Positions 10,028-20,016 of a DNA stretch of 36,447 bases are shown piece after piece. A program made the position numbers and the translations under genes. Numbering within the stretch: position 1 is the first letter of the stretch; every line of letters begins with the position of its first letter. Below the pieces are notes generated by a model. The model worked only from the letters and a program-made list of their open reading frames with translations. It was not told the DNA's origin and ran no database searches. Location of the stretch: sequence record SRR22947725_1716; one strand, 5' to 3'.

Positions 10028-10487
10028 AAAAATCGTTTACTTTTTTGAAAATCAAATCGTTTTCCCACCCCCGGTACTGTAAATAGCTGATAAATTTTTT
10101 TTTGCTTTTTATGCTGGTATCCTGATTTAAATAATTAAACTTTTTTAAAGCTAATTCGTCAAATGTTTTATTATAATCCTCGTCATTAATTTGACCTAAA
10201 GCATTATTTATAAGAGCTGAAGTTATGTTCCTTTGAAAAAGTTCATTTTTAAGTTTAATCTTACCCCATTGCTTAATTCTAAACTTTCCTCTAATAAAAC
10301 TAAAAGCAAATCGCTCTTCGTTTAAAAAATCATCTTTAATTAATTCTACCAAAACATTATCATAAAGGGTATATGGTATTTTCATTAATTTCATCTTGTC
10401 AGTTACATCTTTATGACATCTATCTTGATATACGCAGTATCTTTGCAATTTTTTTACAATATCCGACTGCTTAAATAATTCACTCAT
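10017..10487 (-). CDS. recX: Regulatory protein RecX
   Basis: YC.YQDRC..DV, FLNEERFA, WGKIK, YLQYRGWE: typical Bacteroidota RecX motifs. Confidence 0.9.
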   Translation of the reverse strand: MSELFKQSDIVKKLQRYCVYQDRCHKDVTDKMKLMKIPYTLYDNVLVELIKDDFLNEERFAFSFIRGKFRIKQWGKIKLKNELFQRNITSALINNALGQINDEDYNKTFDELALKKFNYLNQDTSIKSKKKFISYLQYRGWENDLIFKKVNDFFKI

Positions 10488-10496
10488 AAAGACTAT

Positions 10497-12947
10497 CTAT
10501 AAACTGTAATTTACGGAAAATATAAAGTTTATTCCAGGTGCTGATATTCCAGAAGAATACGGTCTATATAACTTGTTCGAGATGTTTTCTATAGACGCCG
10601 TAAATTGAAAATTTTTGTTCATTTCATATAAAGTTCTCAAATTGAAAGTATGCCAAGACGGAGAATATGGATTGCCATTTTGATCTGTAGCATATAAATA
10701 AGGTTTGTCTCTCTCGGAATTTGAGAGTTGAGAAAATGAAAGTTTTGAATTATAATTAAAAAATAGATCGATTTTAGTTTTATTTTTTGAGTAAATAAAA
10801 TGAACATTTCCAAAATGTGGAGAAACATGACGAACTGGTAAGTTTGCAGCTCCATCCATGTCTCTTTGTTCTCCATTTAAGTAATTGTATTGAGTCTTAA
10901 AATCAAAATTGTCAGATAAATTTATATTAAGACCTGTTTCAAAACCATAAAGCCAAGATTTAGAAGCATTTTGAATAGCATAAATATCACTTAACTCTCC
11001 ATGATAAATAATTTGATTAATTATTGAAGATCCACTCGGATCATCTGAATCAACCGTCATACTAAAAGGACTTCTTATCATACTGTTATATAAATGAGTA
11101 TAATAAACTGCAAAATCAAAATTAATTTTTGAGTTAACACTAATAAAACTTCCAAGTTCAAGACCAAATGATTTTTCGGGCTTTAAATCAGGGTTCGGAA
11201 CAACAACTACACCTGGCGCTGAATCAAATATTTTTCCAATATCATCAATATTTGGAGCTCTGAATGCTGTTGTAACATTAAACTTCCATTGAAAAGAATC
11301 ATTCTGAATCCAACTTAAACCTAAAGCTCCTGTTAATGCTCCAGTATTAAGATCAGCATTTGAAAAAGGGAAATTATAATATGAATTATTTGGTGATAAA
11401 TCGGCATTAATAATTATATGACTATATCTTAACCCATAATGAAAAATTAAATCATTACTTGATTTATATTTATAAGTAAGATAACTTGCTAGAGATTCCC
11501 ATGTAGAGTCGTCAGGGTATCTTGTTGCTATAGACGAAAAAGTGCCATTTGATATATTGTTTAAAGAAGCAGTAGAGTTAACTTTGTTATTTAAATACTC
11601 TATACCATAGGAAAAATAGGATTTTTTATCATAAGATTTTTCAAAATCCAAATTCAAAGAAAAAACATTAACCTGTTCTTTAAATTCTTTTTTATCAGTT
11701 GAATTTATCTTTCTGCTAAATCGACTTTCATCAAACATTTGATAAGCAGTGGTTAAAATTAATTTATCATAGATTGGAGATTTAAAACTCTCTTTTGTAA
11801 TCTTTGAGTTTAATAAAAGCCATTTTTGTGGGCCGTAATACCACTCTCCATAATGAAGTTGGTTAGTATCGATATTGTATCTTATCAACCTATCATATCT
11901 AGGAATATTCGAAGTTGAGGAAAAATGAACTCCAAAGTCATATTCTGTTTTATCAGTTTTTAATAGAAATTTTTGCATAAAATTAAACTGAGAATATCCA
12001 GTATGTTTTTGAACTCTTGGGTCAGAATTAGAGAAAATAACATCCTGTCCATCTACCTGCTGAACATACTCCGGTCTTAGATAGTCTGAGGGACCATTAG
12101 CTCCCATTTTTAAATCATCAAAGTCAGAAAAAGAAATGCTAGTAAGACTGGCAAAATTTTCAAATCCCATATTAAAATCTATGTGAGCAGTTTTTTCTTT
12201 GTTAGCACTAGAATTTCTAGATGTTGAGTTAAGTTTAAAAAAAATGCTATCTGATTCTGAAAACACAGGTTTTTTTGTTTGAAAGTTCATAGCTCCACCA
12301 ATAGCATCACTACCATAAATAACAGAGCTTGATCCAAGAACGATTTCTGTATTTTGAATATTAAAAGGGTCAATTGAAATTACATTCTGTATGTTGCCAC
12401 CTCTAAATATAGCGTTGTTTAATCTAACACCATCAACAGATAAAGTTAATCTGTTCGTTGAAAAGCCTCTTATCATGGGGCTACCTCCACCTAATTGACT
12501 TTTTTGGATATACACATTACCACTACTACTTAACAAGTCAGCACTGGTTTGAGGATTACTTAATACTACATCTTCAGTTGAGATAAATATAACCCTTTGA
12601 GATATTTCTTTAAGATTTTGAGAGAATTTTGAAGCTGAAATAACAATTTCATCTAAATTGTTTGAATCAGGTTTTAACAAAATATTCCCTGTAATATTAC
12701 TAAACTCTAATGTTCTATTTAAATACGAAATGTGAGATATTGTAATAAAATTGGCATTTTCAAATGCTGAAAGAGAAACGGCACCGTTTATATCTGACAT
12801 GGTCCCTTTTTTAACTCCACCATTGAGTTCCTCATACAAAAGAGCTCCTGAGATTGGCTCCATTGTTACTTCATCTAAAACATAAATTTCCTGGGATGAA
12901 ACCAAAAGAGAAAATGTAAAAATTATAAAACTGAACACTATTTTCAT
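10497..12947 (-). CDS. TonB-dependent receptor (heme/iron-receptor-like; substrate uncertain)
   Basis: LDEIVISASKF, QKSQLGGGSPMIRGF, SVIYGSDAIGG, FRAPN and NPDLKPE motifs, C-terminal APG.NF..S.NYSL. Confidence 0.88.
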   Translation of the reverse strand: MKIVFSFIIFTFSLLVSSQEIYVLDEVTMEPISGALLYEELNGGVKKGTMSDINGAVSLSAFENANFITISHISYLNRTLEFSNITGNILLKPDSNNLDEIVISASKFSQNLKEISQRVIFISTEDVVLSNPQTSADLLSSSGNVYIQKSQLGGGSPMIRGFSTNRLTLSVDGVRLNNAIFRGGNIQNVISIDPFNIQNTEIVLGSSSVIYGSDAIGGAMNFQTKKPVFSESDSIFFKLNSTSRNSSANKEKTAHIDFNMGFENFASLTSISFSDFDDLKMGANGPSDYLRPEYVQQVDGQDVIFSNSDPRVQKHTGYSQFNFMQKFLLKTDKTEYDFGVHFSSTSNIPRYDRLIRYNIDTNQLHYGEWYYGPQKWLLLNSKITKESFKSPIYDKLILTTAYQMFDESRFSRKINSTDKKEFKEQVNVFSLNLDFEKSYDKKSYFSYGIEYLNNKVNSTASLNNISNGTFSSIATRYPDDSTWESLASYLTYKYKSSNDLIFHYGLRYSHIIINADLSPNNSYYNFPFSNADLNTGALTGALGLSWIQNDSFQWKFNVTTAFRAPNIDDIGKIFDSAPGVVVVPNPDLKPEKSFGLELGSFISVNSKINFDFAVYYTHLYNSMIRSPFSMTVDSDDPSGSSIINQIIYHGELSDIYAIQNASKSWLYGFETGLNINLSDNFDFKTQYNYLNGEQRDMDGAANLPVRHVSPHFGNVHFIYSKNKTKIDLFFNYNSKLSFSQLSNSERDKPYLYATDQNGNPYSPSWHTFNLRTLYEMNKNFQFTASIENISNKLYRPYSSGISAPGINFIFSVNYSL

Positions 12948-13669
12948 TAATCTGCAAAAATTTGATTTAATACTTTTAAAGACTTTGGGTCTTTAAATCC
13001 ATCGACGTGCAATTTATAGTAAATTAAAATATTTTTTAATATATCTTTTTTCTTTAGCTTATCTATAAATGGCAACTTGTAACTATCAAATTTTATGCCT
13101 AAAATTGTTTTGAATAAAACTAAGTCATCACCACTGATTACATACTTACTGTTTTTTGAATTTTCAAAAAGTCCCTCTTCTAAATTAAAATAATTATAAT
13201 CCATATTAGTACAGTCTGGATAAAAGCCCAAATAGTTAGTTATTTTCATTAAAAAGATTAAGTAAAAAGCTGAACTATCTTTAGACTGATCATACCAAAT
13301 AAGAGAGTCTTCAATAAAATCAAATAATTCTACATCTTCAATTTCATTATGTATAATTGTAGATAATATTTCAGATAAAAACATAACAACAGAGCTCTTG
13401 TAAATATTAGTATGAAGAGATTTGAAACTGTATTTAATTTTTAAATCTTTAATATATTGAATTGATCTGTTTGGATTATAATTAGTTTCTAAATCAAGAA
13501 TATTTAAAAGTTGAAAGAAGGCAAATTTGTTTTTACTTTTCTTTGAGACAGAAATATTTTTAACCATATAAGATACTACCCCTAAATCTCTTGTAAGACA
13601 TTTAATAATTAGGTCATTATCCTGATAACGAACTTTGGACAGTACTATAGCGGAACTTGATACTAACAT
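12947..13669 (-). CDS. recO: DNA repair protein RecO
   Basis: N-terminal OB-fold AIVL..VRY.DNDLII, YLGFYP, FNLEEGLF, KSLKVL. Downstream of porZ. Confidence 0.9.
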   Translation of the reverse strand: MLVSSSAIVLSKVRYQDNDLIIKCLTRDLGVVSYMVKNISVSKKSKNKFAFFQLLNILDLETNYNPNRSIQYIKDLKIKYSFKSLHTNIYKSSVVMFLSEILSTIIHNEIEDVELFDFIEDSLIWYDQSKDSSAFYLIFLMKITNYLGFYPDCTNMDYNYFNLEEGLFENSKNSKYVISGDDLVLFKTILGIKFDSYKLPFIDKLKKKDILKNILIYYKLHVDGFKDPKSLKVLNQIFAD

Positions 13670-15996
13670 TATCTAATTATCATAATTTTTAAAATTTTTG
13701 TTTCATAACTTTCAAGGTCTGAAAGCATAACAATATAAACACCCGAAGAAACAGAATTATTAGCTAAATTTTTTCCATTCCAATAAGCAACACCACCATC
13801 AATTTCTAAATTAAACCCATTATATCTATTATTTACATTTGAATTTGCTTCAGCAACAAGATTCCCTGAAATATCTGTGATTTTTATATTAATATCATCT
13901 GTAATTCCTGAAATTTTGATCTTGTCAATATTCATGTTAAAAGATGGGCGGACCGGATTAGGATAAACATAAGATTCGTCCAGTGTAGAACTTGTAGTTG
14001 ATCCCCCTGAATCAAATGACACTAACCCTTTATCTGTAGCAATAAATACAAGACCATTTACAAAATCTAATGCTATATCATTTATATTGTTCGAAGGTAA
14101 TGGAGAATTGTTCTTAGTAAAATGATAGATAGTTTGTTGTCCATTTTGTGAAAAATAAAATAGTCCTGAACCTATAGTTCCTACCCACTTATTATTTGAT
14201 CCATCTACTTTTATATCAGAAATAAATTGTTGTTCTAAAAGTTCTTTATAAATCCCATCCTCTTCAATAACTATCTGTTGTGTAGATACATTAGCATCAA
14301 AAAAATTAGAAGTATTATATAAAACTCTAAGTCCTTTAATAGTTCCTATCCACAAATGGTTATTATTATCCATCGCTAGACTTTTAACATAAGGAGAAGG
14401 TAAATTGCCAACATCATTATCATTTATTCTTTTTAACAGTGGGTTACCCGCATTTTCATTAAACCCTATCAATCCAGAGTTTAAACCTCCTATCCATTTT
14501 GTTCCATTTGATCCAATTACTATATCACTAAATCCAAGTTCATCATTAAATCCATCTGGGATAATTTGAGTAAAATCATAACTTGACCATTGATTTGTGT
14601 CTAGATTAAAAGACTTTAAAGGGTTGTCAACTCTGGAATTCATTAGCCATAAAGTACCTGAGTCATCAAAGTTACTTCCTGAAATTCTTACACTGTTGTA
14701 GTTAGTTTCATTTGAAATTAAAGACTCTAGACCACTATTTGACTGATCAAATAAACTTAAAGATTCATCTGATATTTCTAATAATCCACCGTGATATGAG
14801 CTAATAAATATATTATTTAAATTAAATGGATTTATTGAAATGTTATTTAAATTAACCGCATTTTCAGGTATACTATCATAATTTATATTGTGCCAATCTT
14901 CATTAGCTAAATGACTAATCCCATTTCTTCTTAATGGATATGGATTATATGTTGATGTATAATCTCCAAAAGTTGCCCAAAGACTTCCATACAGAGAGCT
15001 AATTGAAAAGACATTATTATCAAGAGGGCCAGCGGGTAATATTGAGTAATTTTGTTGAATATTATTTATGTTAATTTTAAGCAGCCCTTTTGAAGATGTG
15101 GCTACATAAATATAATTATTGTATAATTCTGAACTATTAAAGTTGGTGTTAAAATTACTGCTTATAATTGAACTGTTTATTAGGTTGAAATTTGTGTCAT
15201 AAATAAAAATTTTATCTTCGGATGTAATTATTATTTTGCCTTCATTTACAACAATTTTTTTTATAGTTTGAGACAAAGAAATTACTTGGCTAAATGTGCC
15301 GTTTTCGTTGAAAAAAACATTGTTTTCATTAGTAAAAACAAAACTATCATCGATGTTTAATATAAAATCAAAATCTCCAGAGTAAACAAGCTCCCAGTTT
15401 TGATAGTTGATTATATCTAAATCTAGGTTAACTCTTTTTATTCCGCCAAAATCTGGCAATACAGCGTATAAAAAATTATCATTTATTATTGTCTGATTTA
15501 CTTGTTGTTGTGTACCACCTTCACCAATAAATAAGCTATCACCAAATTCTAAGGAATTTAAGTCGTATAATGAAACTCCATAATCAGTTGATATATAAAT
15601 TATATTATCAACCTCTGTAAATTCGTTTATCTTTTTTTTATTGGGAGGTATTGTAGTCTTTTCTATTATATCATATATAGTTAAAATATTATCATTATTA
15701 AAATCTACAATTTGAATTAAACCGTTTTCATATCCAATAATTAATTTATTAAAATTTGTACTGTAATAAATGTTTGAAATAAAATCACCAGACAACCCAT
15801 CTATAGTTGTAATTATACTTAGTTGATCATCTTGAGTTGAGTGAATATAAATTGCATTTTCTGATGCAGTAAATATTTTCCCGTTTCCAATTGAAGTGTC
15901 AATTGAGTTGTGATAAGAATAATGCCCATTCCAGTTTTGAGAAATACAAAGAGGTATACTCAATATTGAAAAAAAAAGTATTGCAATAAACTTCAT
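13669..15996 (-). CDS. porZ: PorZ-like type IX secretion system beta-propeller protein with T9SS C-terminal domain
   Basis: Signal peptide then W..HYSY; propeller repeats (GTKWIGG, HLWIGT, NKWVGT, NSPLPSNNI); C-terminal YVYPNP..IKITDISGNLV..WNGK..SGVY..KIMIIR. Confidence 0.85.
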   Translation of the reverse strand: MKFIAILFFSILSIPLCISQNWNGHYSYHNSIDTSIGNGKIFTASENAIYIHSTQDDQLSIITTIDGLSGDFISNIYYSTNFNKLIIGYENGLIQIVDFNNDNILTIYDIIEKTTIPPNKKKINEFTEVDNIIYISTDYGVSLYDLNSLEFGDSLFIGEGGTQQQVNQTIINDNFLYAVLPDFGGIKRVNLDLDIINYQNWELVYSGDFDFILNIDDSFVFTNENNVFFNENGTFSQVISLSQTIKKIVVNEGKIIITSEDKIFIYDTNFNLINSSIISSNFNTNFNSSELYNNYIYVATSSKGLLKININNIQQNYSILPAGPLDNNVFSISSLYGSLWATFGDYTSTYNPYPLRRNGISHLANEDWHNINYDSIPENAVNLNNISINPFNLNNIFISSYHGGLLEISDESLSLFDQSNSGLESLISNETNYNSVRISGSNFDDSGTLWLMNSRVDNPLKSFNLDTNQWSSYDFTQIIPDGFNDELGFSDIVIGSNGTKWIGGLNSGLIGFNENAGNPLLKRINDNDVGNLPSPYVKSLAMDNNNHLWIGTIKGLRVLYNTSNFFDANVSTQQIVIEEDGIYKELLEQQFISDIKVDGSNNKWVGTIGSGLFYFSQNGQQTIYHFTKNNSPLPSNNINDIALDFVNGLVFIATDKGLVSFDSGGSTTSSTLDESYVYPNPVRPSFNMNIDKIKISGITDDINIKITDISGNLVAEANSNVNNRYNGFNLEIDGGVAYWNGKNLANNSVSSGVYIVMLSDLESYETKILKIMIIR

Positions 15997-16004
15997 GAAA
16001 AAAT

Positions 16005-16047
16005 TTATAATGATATATCTATAAGAACGACAAATATATCATTATAA
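16005..16047. repeat. Perfect 14-bp inverted repeat between gdhA and porZ (possible gdhA terminator or operator)
   Basis: TTATAATGATATAT (16005-16018) / ATATATCATTATAA (16034-16047), 15-nt spacer. On the minus strand it is followed by a T6 tract (16003-15998). Confidence 0.7.
16031..16038 (-). promoter_or_regulatory. Putative -7 promoter element for porZ-recO-TBDR-recX
   Basis: CAAATATA on + reads TATATTTG on -, 34 nt upstream of the porZ ATG. Confidence 0.6.
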
Positions 16048-16062
16048 TATAATAATATAAAA

Positions 16063-17406
16063 CTAAACTATGCCCTGAGCTAACATGGCATCCGCGACCT
16101 TAACAAAACCAGCTATATTAGCTCCTTTTACATAGTCAACATAACCGTTATCATCTGAACCATACTCTATGCAAGAATCATGAATATTCATCATTATATC
16201 CTTTAATTTTTCATCTACTTCTTCTCGAGACCAATTATATCTAAGAGAGTTTTGAGTCATTTCTAATCCTGATGTAGCAACTCCTCCGGCATTTGAAGCT
16301 TTACCGGGAGCAAATAAAATTTTAGCTTTTTGAAACTCATGAACAGCATCTTTAGTGGAGGGCATATTAGCTCCCTCACTTACACAAATACATCCGTTTT
16401 TAAGTAATACTTTAGCATCGTTTAAATCTAACTCGTTTTGCGTAGCACACGGAAGTGCTATGTCACATTTTGTAGCCCATGGGGTTTTTCCTTTAACAAA
16501 CTCACTATTTGGATATTTAATACAGTATTCACTGATTCGCTTTCTTTGAACATTTTTAAGGGTCATTATATGTTTTAGTTTTTCATCATCTATTCCTTCA
16601 GAATCATAAATATAGCCAGAAGAGTCAGACATTGTAAGAACTTTTGCTCCTAACTGAATTGATTTTTCAGCTGCAAACTGAGCAACATTTCCTGATCCAG
16701 AAATAACAACTGTTTTATTTGTTAAGTCATCTCCTTTTGTGGCTAACATATTTTGAGCAAAATATACTGTTCCATAGCCCGTAGCTTCTGGTCGAATTAA
16801 CGATCCTCCCCAGCTTACTCCTTTACCTGTTAAAACTCCGGTAAATTCGTTGCTTAATCTTTTATATTGACCAAATAAATACCCTATTTCTCTTCCTCCA
16901 ACTCCTATATCTCCTGCAGGTACATCTGTATTTGGGCCGATATGTCTAAATAACTCACTCATAAATGAGTGGCAAAATCTCATAATCTCATTGTCACTTT
17001 TACCCTTTGGATCAAAATCACTTCCTCCTTTTCCACCACCCATTGGCAAAGTTGTAAGACTATTTTTAAAAACTTGTTCAAAAGCTAAAAACTTAAGTAT
17101 ACTCAAATCAACTGTTGGATGAAATCTTAAACCTCCTTTATAAGGACCAATTGCTGAATTCATTTGAACTCTGTAACCTCTATTTACCTGAATCTCCCCT
17201 AAATCATCAACCCAACAGACTCTAAACGATATTACTCTTTCAGGCTCAACCATTCTTAGTAAAATATTTTTCCCGTGATATATGTCTTTATTTACTATAT
17301 ATGGAATAACAGTTTCTGCAACCTCTTCAACTGCCTGCATAAATTCTGGTTCATTTCCATTTCTTTCGCGTACTAAATCTAAAAATCCGTTTATTTTGTC
17401 TTGCAT
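16063..17406 (-). CDS. gdhA: NADP-specific glutamate dehydrogenase
   Basis: GPYKGGLRFHP, MGGGKGGSDFDP, DVPAGDIGVG, RPEATGYG, GSGNVA, KASNAGGV. Confidence 0.98.
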   Translation of the reverse strand: MQDKINGFLDLVRERNGNEPEFMQAVEEVAETVIPYIVNKDIYHGKNILLRMVEPERVISFRVCWVDDLGEIQVNRGYRVQMNSAIGPYKGGLRFHPTVDLSILKFLAFEQVFKNSLTTLPMGGGKGGSDFDPKGKSDNEIMRFCHSFMSELFRHIGPNTDVPAGDIGVGGREIGYLFGQYKRLSNEFTGVLTGKGVSWGGSLIRPEATGYGTVYFAQNMLATKGDDLTNKTVVISGSGNVAQFAAEKSIQLGAKVLTMSDSSGYIYDSEGIDDEKLKHIMTLKNVQRKRISEYCIKYPNSEFVKGKTPWATKCDIALPCATQNELDLNDAKVLLKNGCICVSEGANMPSTKDAVHEFQKAKILFAPGKASNAGGVATSGLEMTQNSLRYNWSREEVDEKLKDIMMNIHDSCIEYGSDDNGYVDYVKGANIAGFVKVADAMLAQGIV

Positions 17407-17516
17407 AATATATTTGATTTTAAATTATAATATTTTAATTAATAGCTGTGTAAAAATAATAATTTAATAAATATATTATATTAATTACTAATAATATTAT
17501 CATATTAACAAAAACT

Positions 17517-18656
17517 CTATTCTAGCGCTTGTTTCAAGTCTTGAATCAAATCAGAGATATCCTCAATTCCTACACTAAGTCTAATAAGTGAATCTACAAC
17601 ACCCGATTTTTCCCTTTCAAGTTTCGGAATACTTGCGTGTGTCATACTAGCGGGGTGACCGGAAAGGGATTCAACCCCTCCAAGGGATTCAGCAAGAGTA
17701 AATATTTTTAATCTTTCTAGAATTCGTATGGTTTCGTCGTAGTCATTATTCTTAGAAGTAAAAGAAATCATTCCTCCAAAATCATTCATCTGACTTTTAG
17801 CAATAGAGTGATTTTTATGATTTTTAAGTCCAGGCCAATAAACTTTTTCAACTTTAGGGTGTTCGTTTAAAAACTCTGCAATCATCTTAGCATTTTCACA
17901 GTGCCTTTGCATTCTAATGTGCAAAGTTTTGATTCCACGTAAAACCAAAAAACTATCTTGGGGTCCCGGAATAGCACCACTTGCATTTTGAATAAAATAT
18001 AATTTCTCTGCTAAAGAGCTCTTATTAACAATAAGCGCACCCATAACAACATCACTATGACCTCCAAGATACTTAGTTGCTGAATGCATTACAATGTCAG
18101 CTCCTAAATCTAACGGAGTTTGTATGTATGGTGTTGCGAACGTATTATCAACAGCAAATAGGATATTATTAATCTTTGCAATTTTAGACAAGGCTTTGAT
18201 ATCTACAATATTTAACATAGGATTTGTAGGAGTTTCAGCCCATAATAATTTTGTGTTTTTGTTTATCAAAGAATTGATTTTTGAGTGACTTTCCATTCCA
18301 ACGAAATGAAACTTAATTCCAAAATCTTGATAGATTTTAGTAAACAGTCTGTACGTACCTCCATATAGATCATTTGTAGAAATAACCTCATCACCAGGTT
18401 TTAATAATTTAATTACAGCATCTATTGCAGCAAGTCCTGATCCGAAAGCTAGTCCATGTTTTCCATTTTCTATGCTTGCAAATGAATTTTCTAATGCGTG
18501 TCTAGTTGGATTGTGAGTTCTAGAATATTCAAACCCTTTGTGGTCACCAGGCGTAGTCTGAGCATATGTTGATGTTTGATAGATTGGAGGCATAACGGCA
18601 CCATAAGCTGGGTCGTGAGTCTGTCCACCATGAATCGTTTTAGTGTTGAATTTCAT
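17517..18656 (-). CDS. Cystathionine gamma-synthase/gamma-lyase (Cys/Met metabolism PLP enzyme)
   Basis: PIYQTSTY, YSR..NPTR, ETPTNP, DNTF, PLP-lysine SATKYLGGHSD, AESLGGVESL, IRLSVGIED. Synthase versus lyase cannot be resolved by eye. Confidence 0.93.
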   Translation of the reverse strand: MKFNTKTIHGGQTHDPAYGAVMPPIYQTSTYAQTTPGDHKGFEYSRTHNPTRHALENSFASIENGKHGLAFGSGLAAIDAVIKLLKPGDEVISTNDLYGGTYRLFTKIYQDFGIKFHFVGMESHSKINSLINKNTKLLWAETPTNPMLNIVDIKALSKIAKINNILFAVDNTFATPYIQTPLDLGADIVMHSATKYLGGHSDVVMGALIVNKSSLAEKLYFIQNASGAIPGPQDSFLVLRGIKTLHIRMQRHCENAKMIAEFLNEHPKVEKVYWPGLKNHKNHSIAKSQMNDFGGMISFTSKNNDYDETIRILERLKIFTLAESLGGVESLSGHPASMTHASIPKLEREKSGVVDSLIRLSVGIEDISDLIQDLKQALE

Positions 18657-18673
18657 TAGTATAATTTATTTAA

Positions 18674-18681
18674 CAAAAATA
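18674..18681 (-). promoter_or_regulatory. Putative -7 promoter element for the Cys/Met PLP enzyme
   Basis: CAAAAATA on + reads TATTTTTG on -, 17 nt upstream of the ATG. Confidence 0.55.
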
Positions 18682-18746
18682 TATTTTAATTAGTAGTATC
18701 TAAAACTAAATAATACCTTTATTTTTAAATAAATATTTAGTTCACT

Positions 18747-19100
18747 ATGAAGGTAGTTTTTTATCTAAAATCTTGCAATACTTGTATAAGAATTATTAAA
18801 GATCTTAAATTAGATAGTTCATTTGAATTTAGAGAAATTAAATCTATGCCCATTACTATAAATGAGTTAGAAATGATTTATGATTTATCAAAAAGCTATG
18901 AACTAATTTTCAATAAAAGAGCTAAACTCTTTAGTGAAAAAAATCTTAAAAATGTAGGCTTAACTGAGCTTGAATATAAAAATTACATATTAGATAATTA
19001 CACATTTTTAAAGAGACCAGTGATAGTTATTGATAATAAAATTTTTATTGGAAACAGCAAAAAAAATATCTTAGAGTTAAAAAAGCATCTAAGTGAATAA
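18747..19100 (+). CDS. ArsC/Spx/MgsR-family thioredoxin-fold protein
   Basis: N-terminal CNTC (CxxC), LIFNKR, FLKRPV motif; 117 aa. Confidence 0.85.
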   Translation: MKVVFYLKSCNTCIRIIKDLKLDSSFEFREIKSMPITINELEMIYDLSKSYELIFNKRAKLFSEKNLKNVGLTELEYKNYILDNYTFLKRPVIVIDNKIFIGNSKKNILELKKHLSE

Positions 19101-19983
19101 TAGACTACTAGCAATTATTGCTGCTTTAACAGCGACATCAATTTTTGGACTCAACCATACAATTACTAAAAACTTAATGCCAGTTTTTATAACTCCACCT
19201 GGCTTATTATTAGCAAGAGTATTAGGTGCGTGCACTTTATTCTGGATAATTTCTATATTTAGTAAGAAAGAAAAAATTCAAAAAAAAGATTGGCCTAAAT
19301 TTTTATTCTGTAGTGTTTTTGGAATGTCAATAAATATGATTTCTGCCATAAAAGGGTTAGAGTTATCTACTCCAATCAATAGCTCTATAATTTCAACAAT
19401 TTCTCCTATTATAGTATTCATCATTTCTATTATTATGATAAAAGAAAAAGTAATAAAGACTAGACTAATTGGGGTAGCAATCGGTTTTATAGGTGCTATT
19501 TCAATAATACTTATTAATACTAGAACTAATTTTAATCCTGAAGATATAAGGTCTGGTAATTTATTACTGTTATTAAATAGTATTTCTTATGCAATATATT
19601 TAGTCGCCGTTAGATCTTTGACTAAAAAATATTCTGTAATAACAATTATGAAATGGTTATTTCTTCTAGGTGTGATACTAAATACGCCATTTTCTATTCA
19701 TCATTTCTTAGAAATTCCTTGGGAAATATATGATAAAATCATATTTCTAAAAATTGGTTTTGTCATTACAGGTGCAACGTTTGCTGTGTATTTACTTAAT
19801 GTTTATGCATTAAAAACACTAAAAGCATCAACCGTTGGAATGTTTATTTATCTTCAACCAATAATAGGAATTATATATGCAATTGCTACAGGAAGTGACA
19901 TCTTAAAATTAACAGACATCATGGCGGTTTGTTTAGTCTTCACTGGTATTTATTTAGTTTCTCTAAAAAAAGAAGCTAATTGA
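19093..19983 (+). CDS. DMT superfamily (EamA-like) transporter
   Basis: About 10 hydrophobic segments in two EamA repeats (KEK..RLIG; FIYLQP). GTG start overlapping the upstream gene by 8 nt. Confidence 0.88.
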   Translation: MNNRLLAIIAALTATSIFGLNHTITKNLMPVFITPPGLLLARVLGACTLFWIISIFSKKEKIQKKDWPKFLFCSVFGMSINMISAIKGLELSTPINSSIISTISPIIVFIISIIMIKEKVIKTRLIGVAIGFIGAISIILINTRTNFNPEDIRSGNLLLLLNSISYAIYLVAVRSLTKKYSVITIMKWLFLLGVILNTPFSIHHFLEIPWEIYDKIIFLKIGFVITGATFAVYLLNVYALKTLKASTVGMFIYLQPIIGIIYAIATGSDILKLTDIMAVCLVFTGIYLVSLKKEAN

Positions 19984-19991
19984 GATTTATT

Positions 19992-19999
19992 TATCTTTG
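19992..19999 (+). promoter_or_regulatory. Putative -7 promoter element for yicC-gmk-nadD-gpsA
   Basis: TATCTTTG, exact TAnnTTTG, 17 nt upstream of ATG 20017. Confidence 0.65.
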
Positions 20000-20016
20000 T
20001 AAAAACTTAAAATAAT

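Noticed and set aside
17405-17500. Long imperfect AT-only inverted repeat upstream of gdhA (17405-17415 / 17469-17479 plus inner pairing)
   Set aside because: The region is almost entirely A/T, so such pairing is expected by chance and would be unstable.
18676-18742. AT palindromes AAAATATATTTT and AACTAAATA/TATTTAGTT in the divergent promoter
   Set aside because: Low complexity; not distinguishable from background without comparative data.
18747-19983. Arsenic-resistance operon
   Set aside because: No ArsR, ArsB or Acr3. The transporter is DMT-type and the CxxC protein fits the broad ArsC/Spx family.
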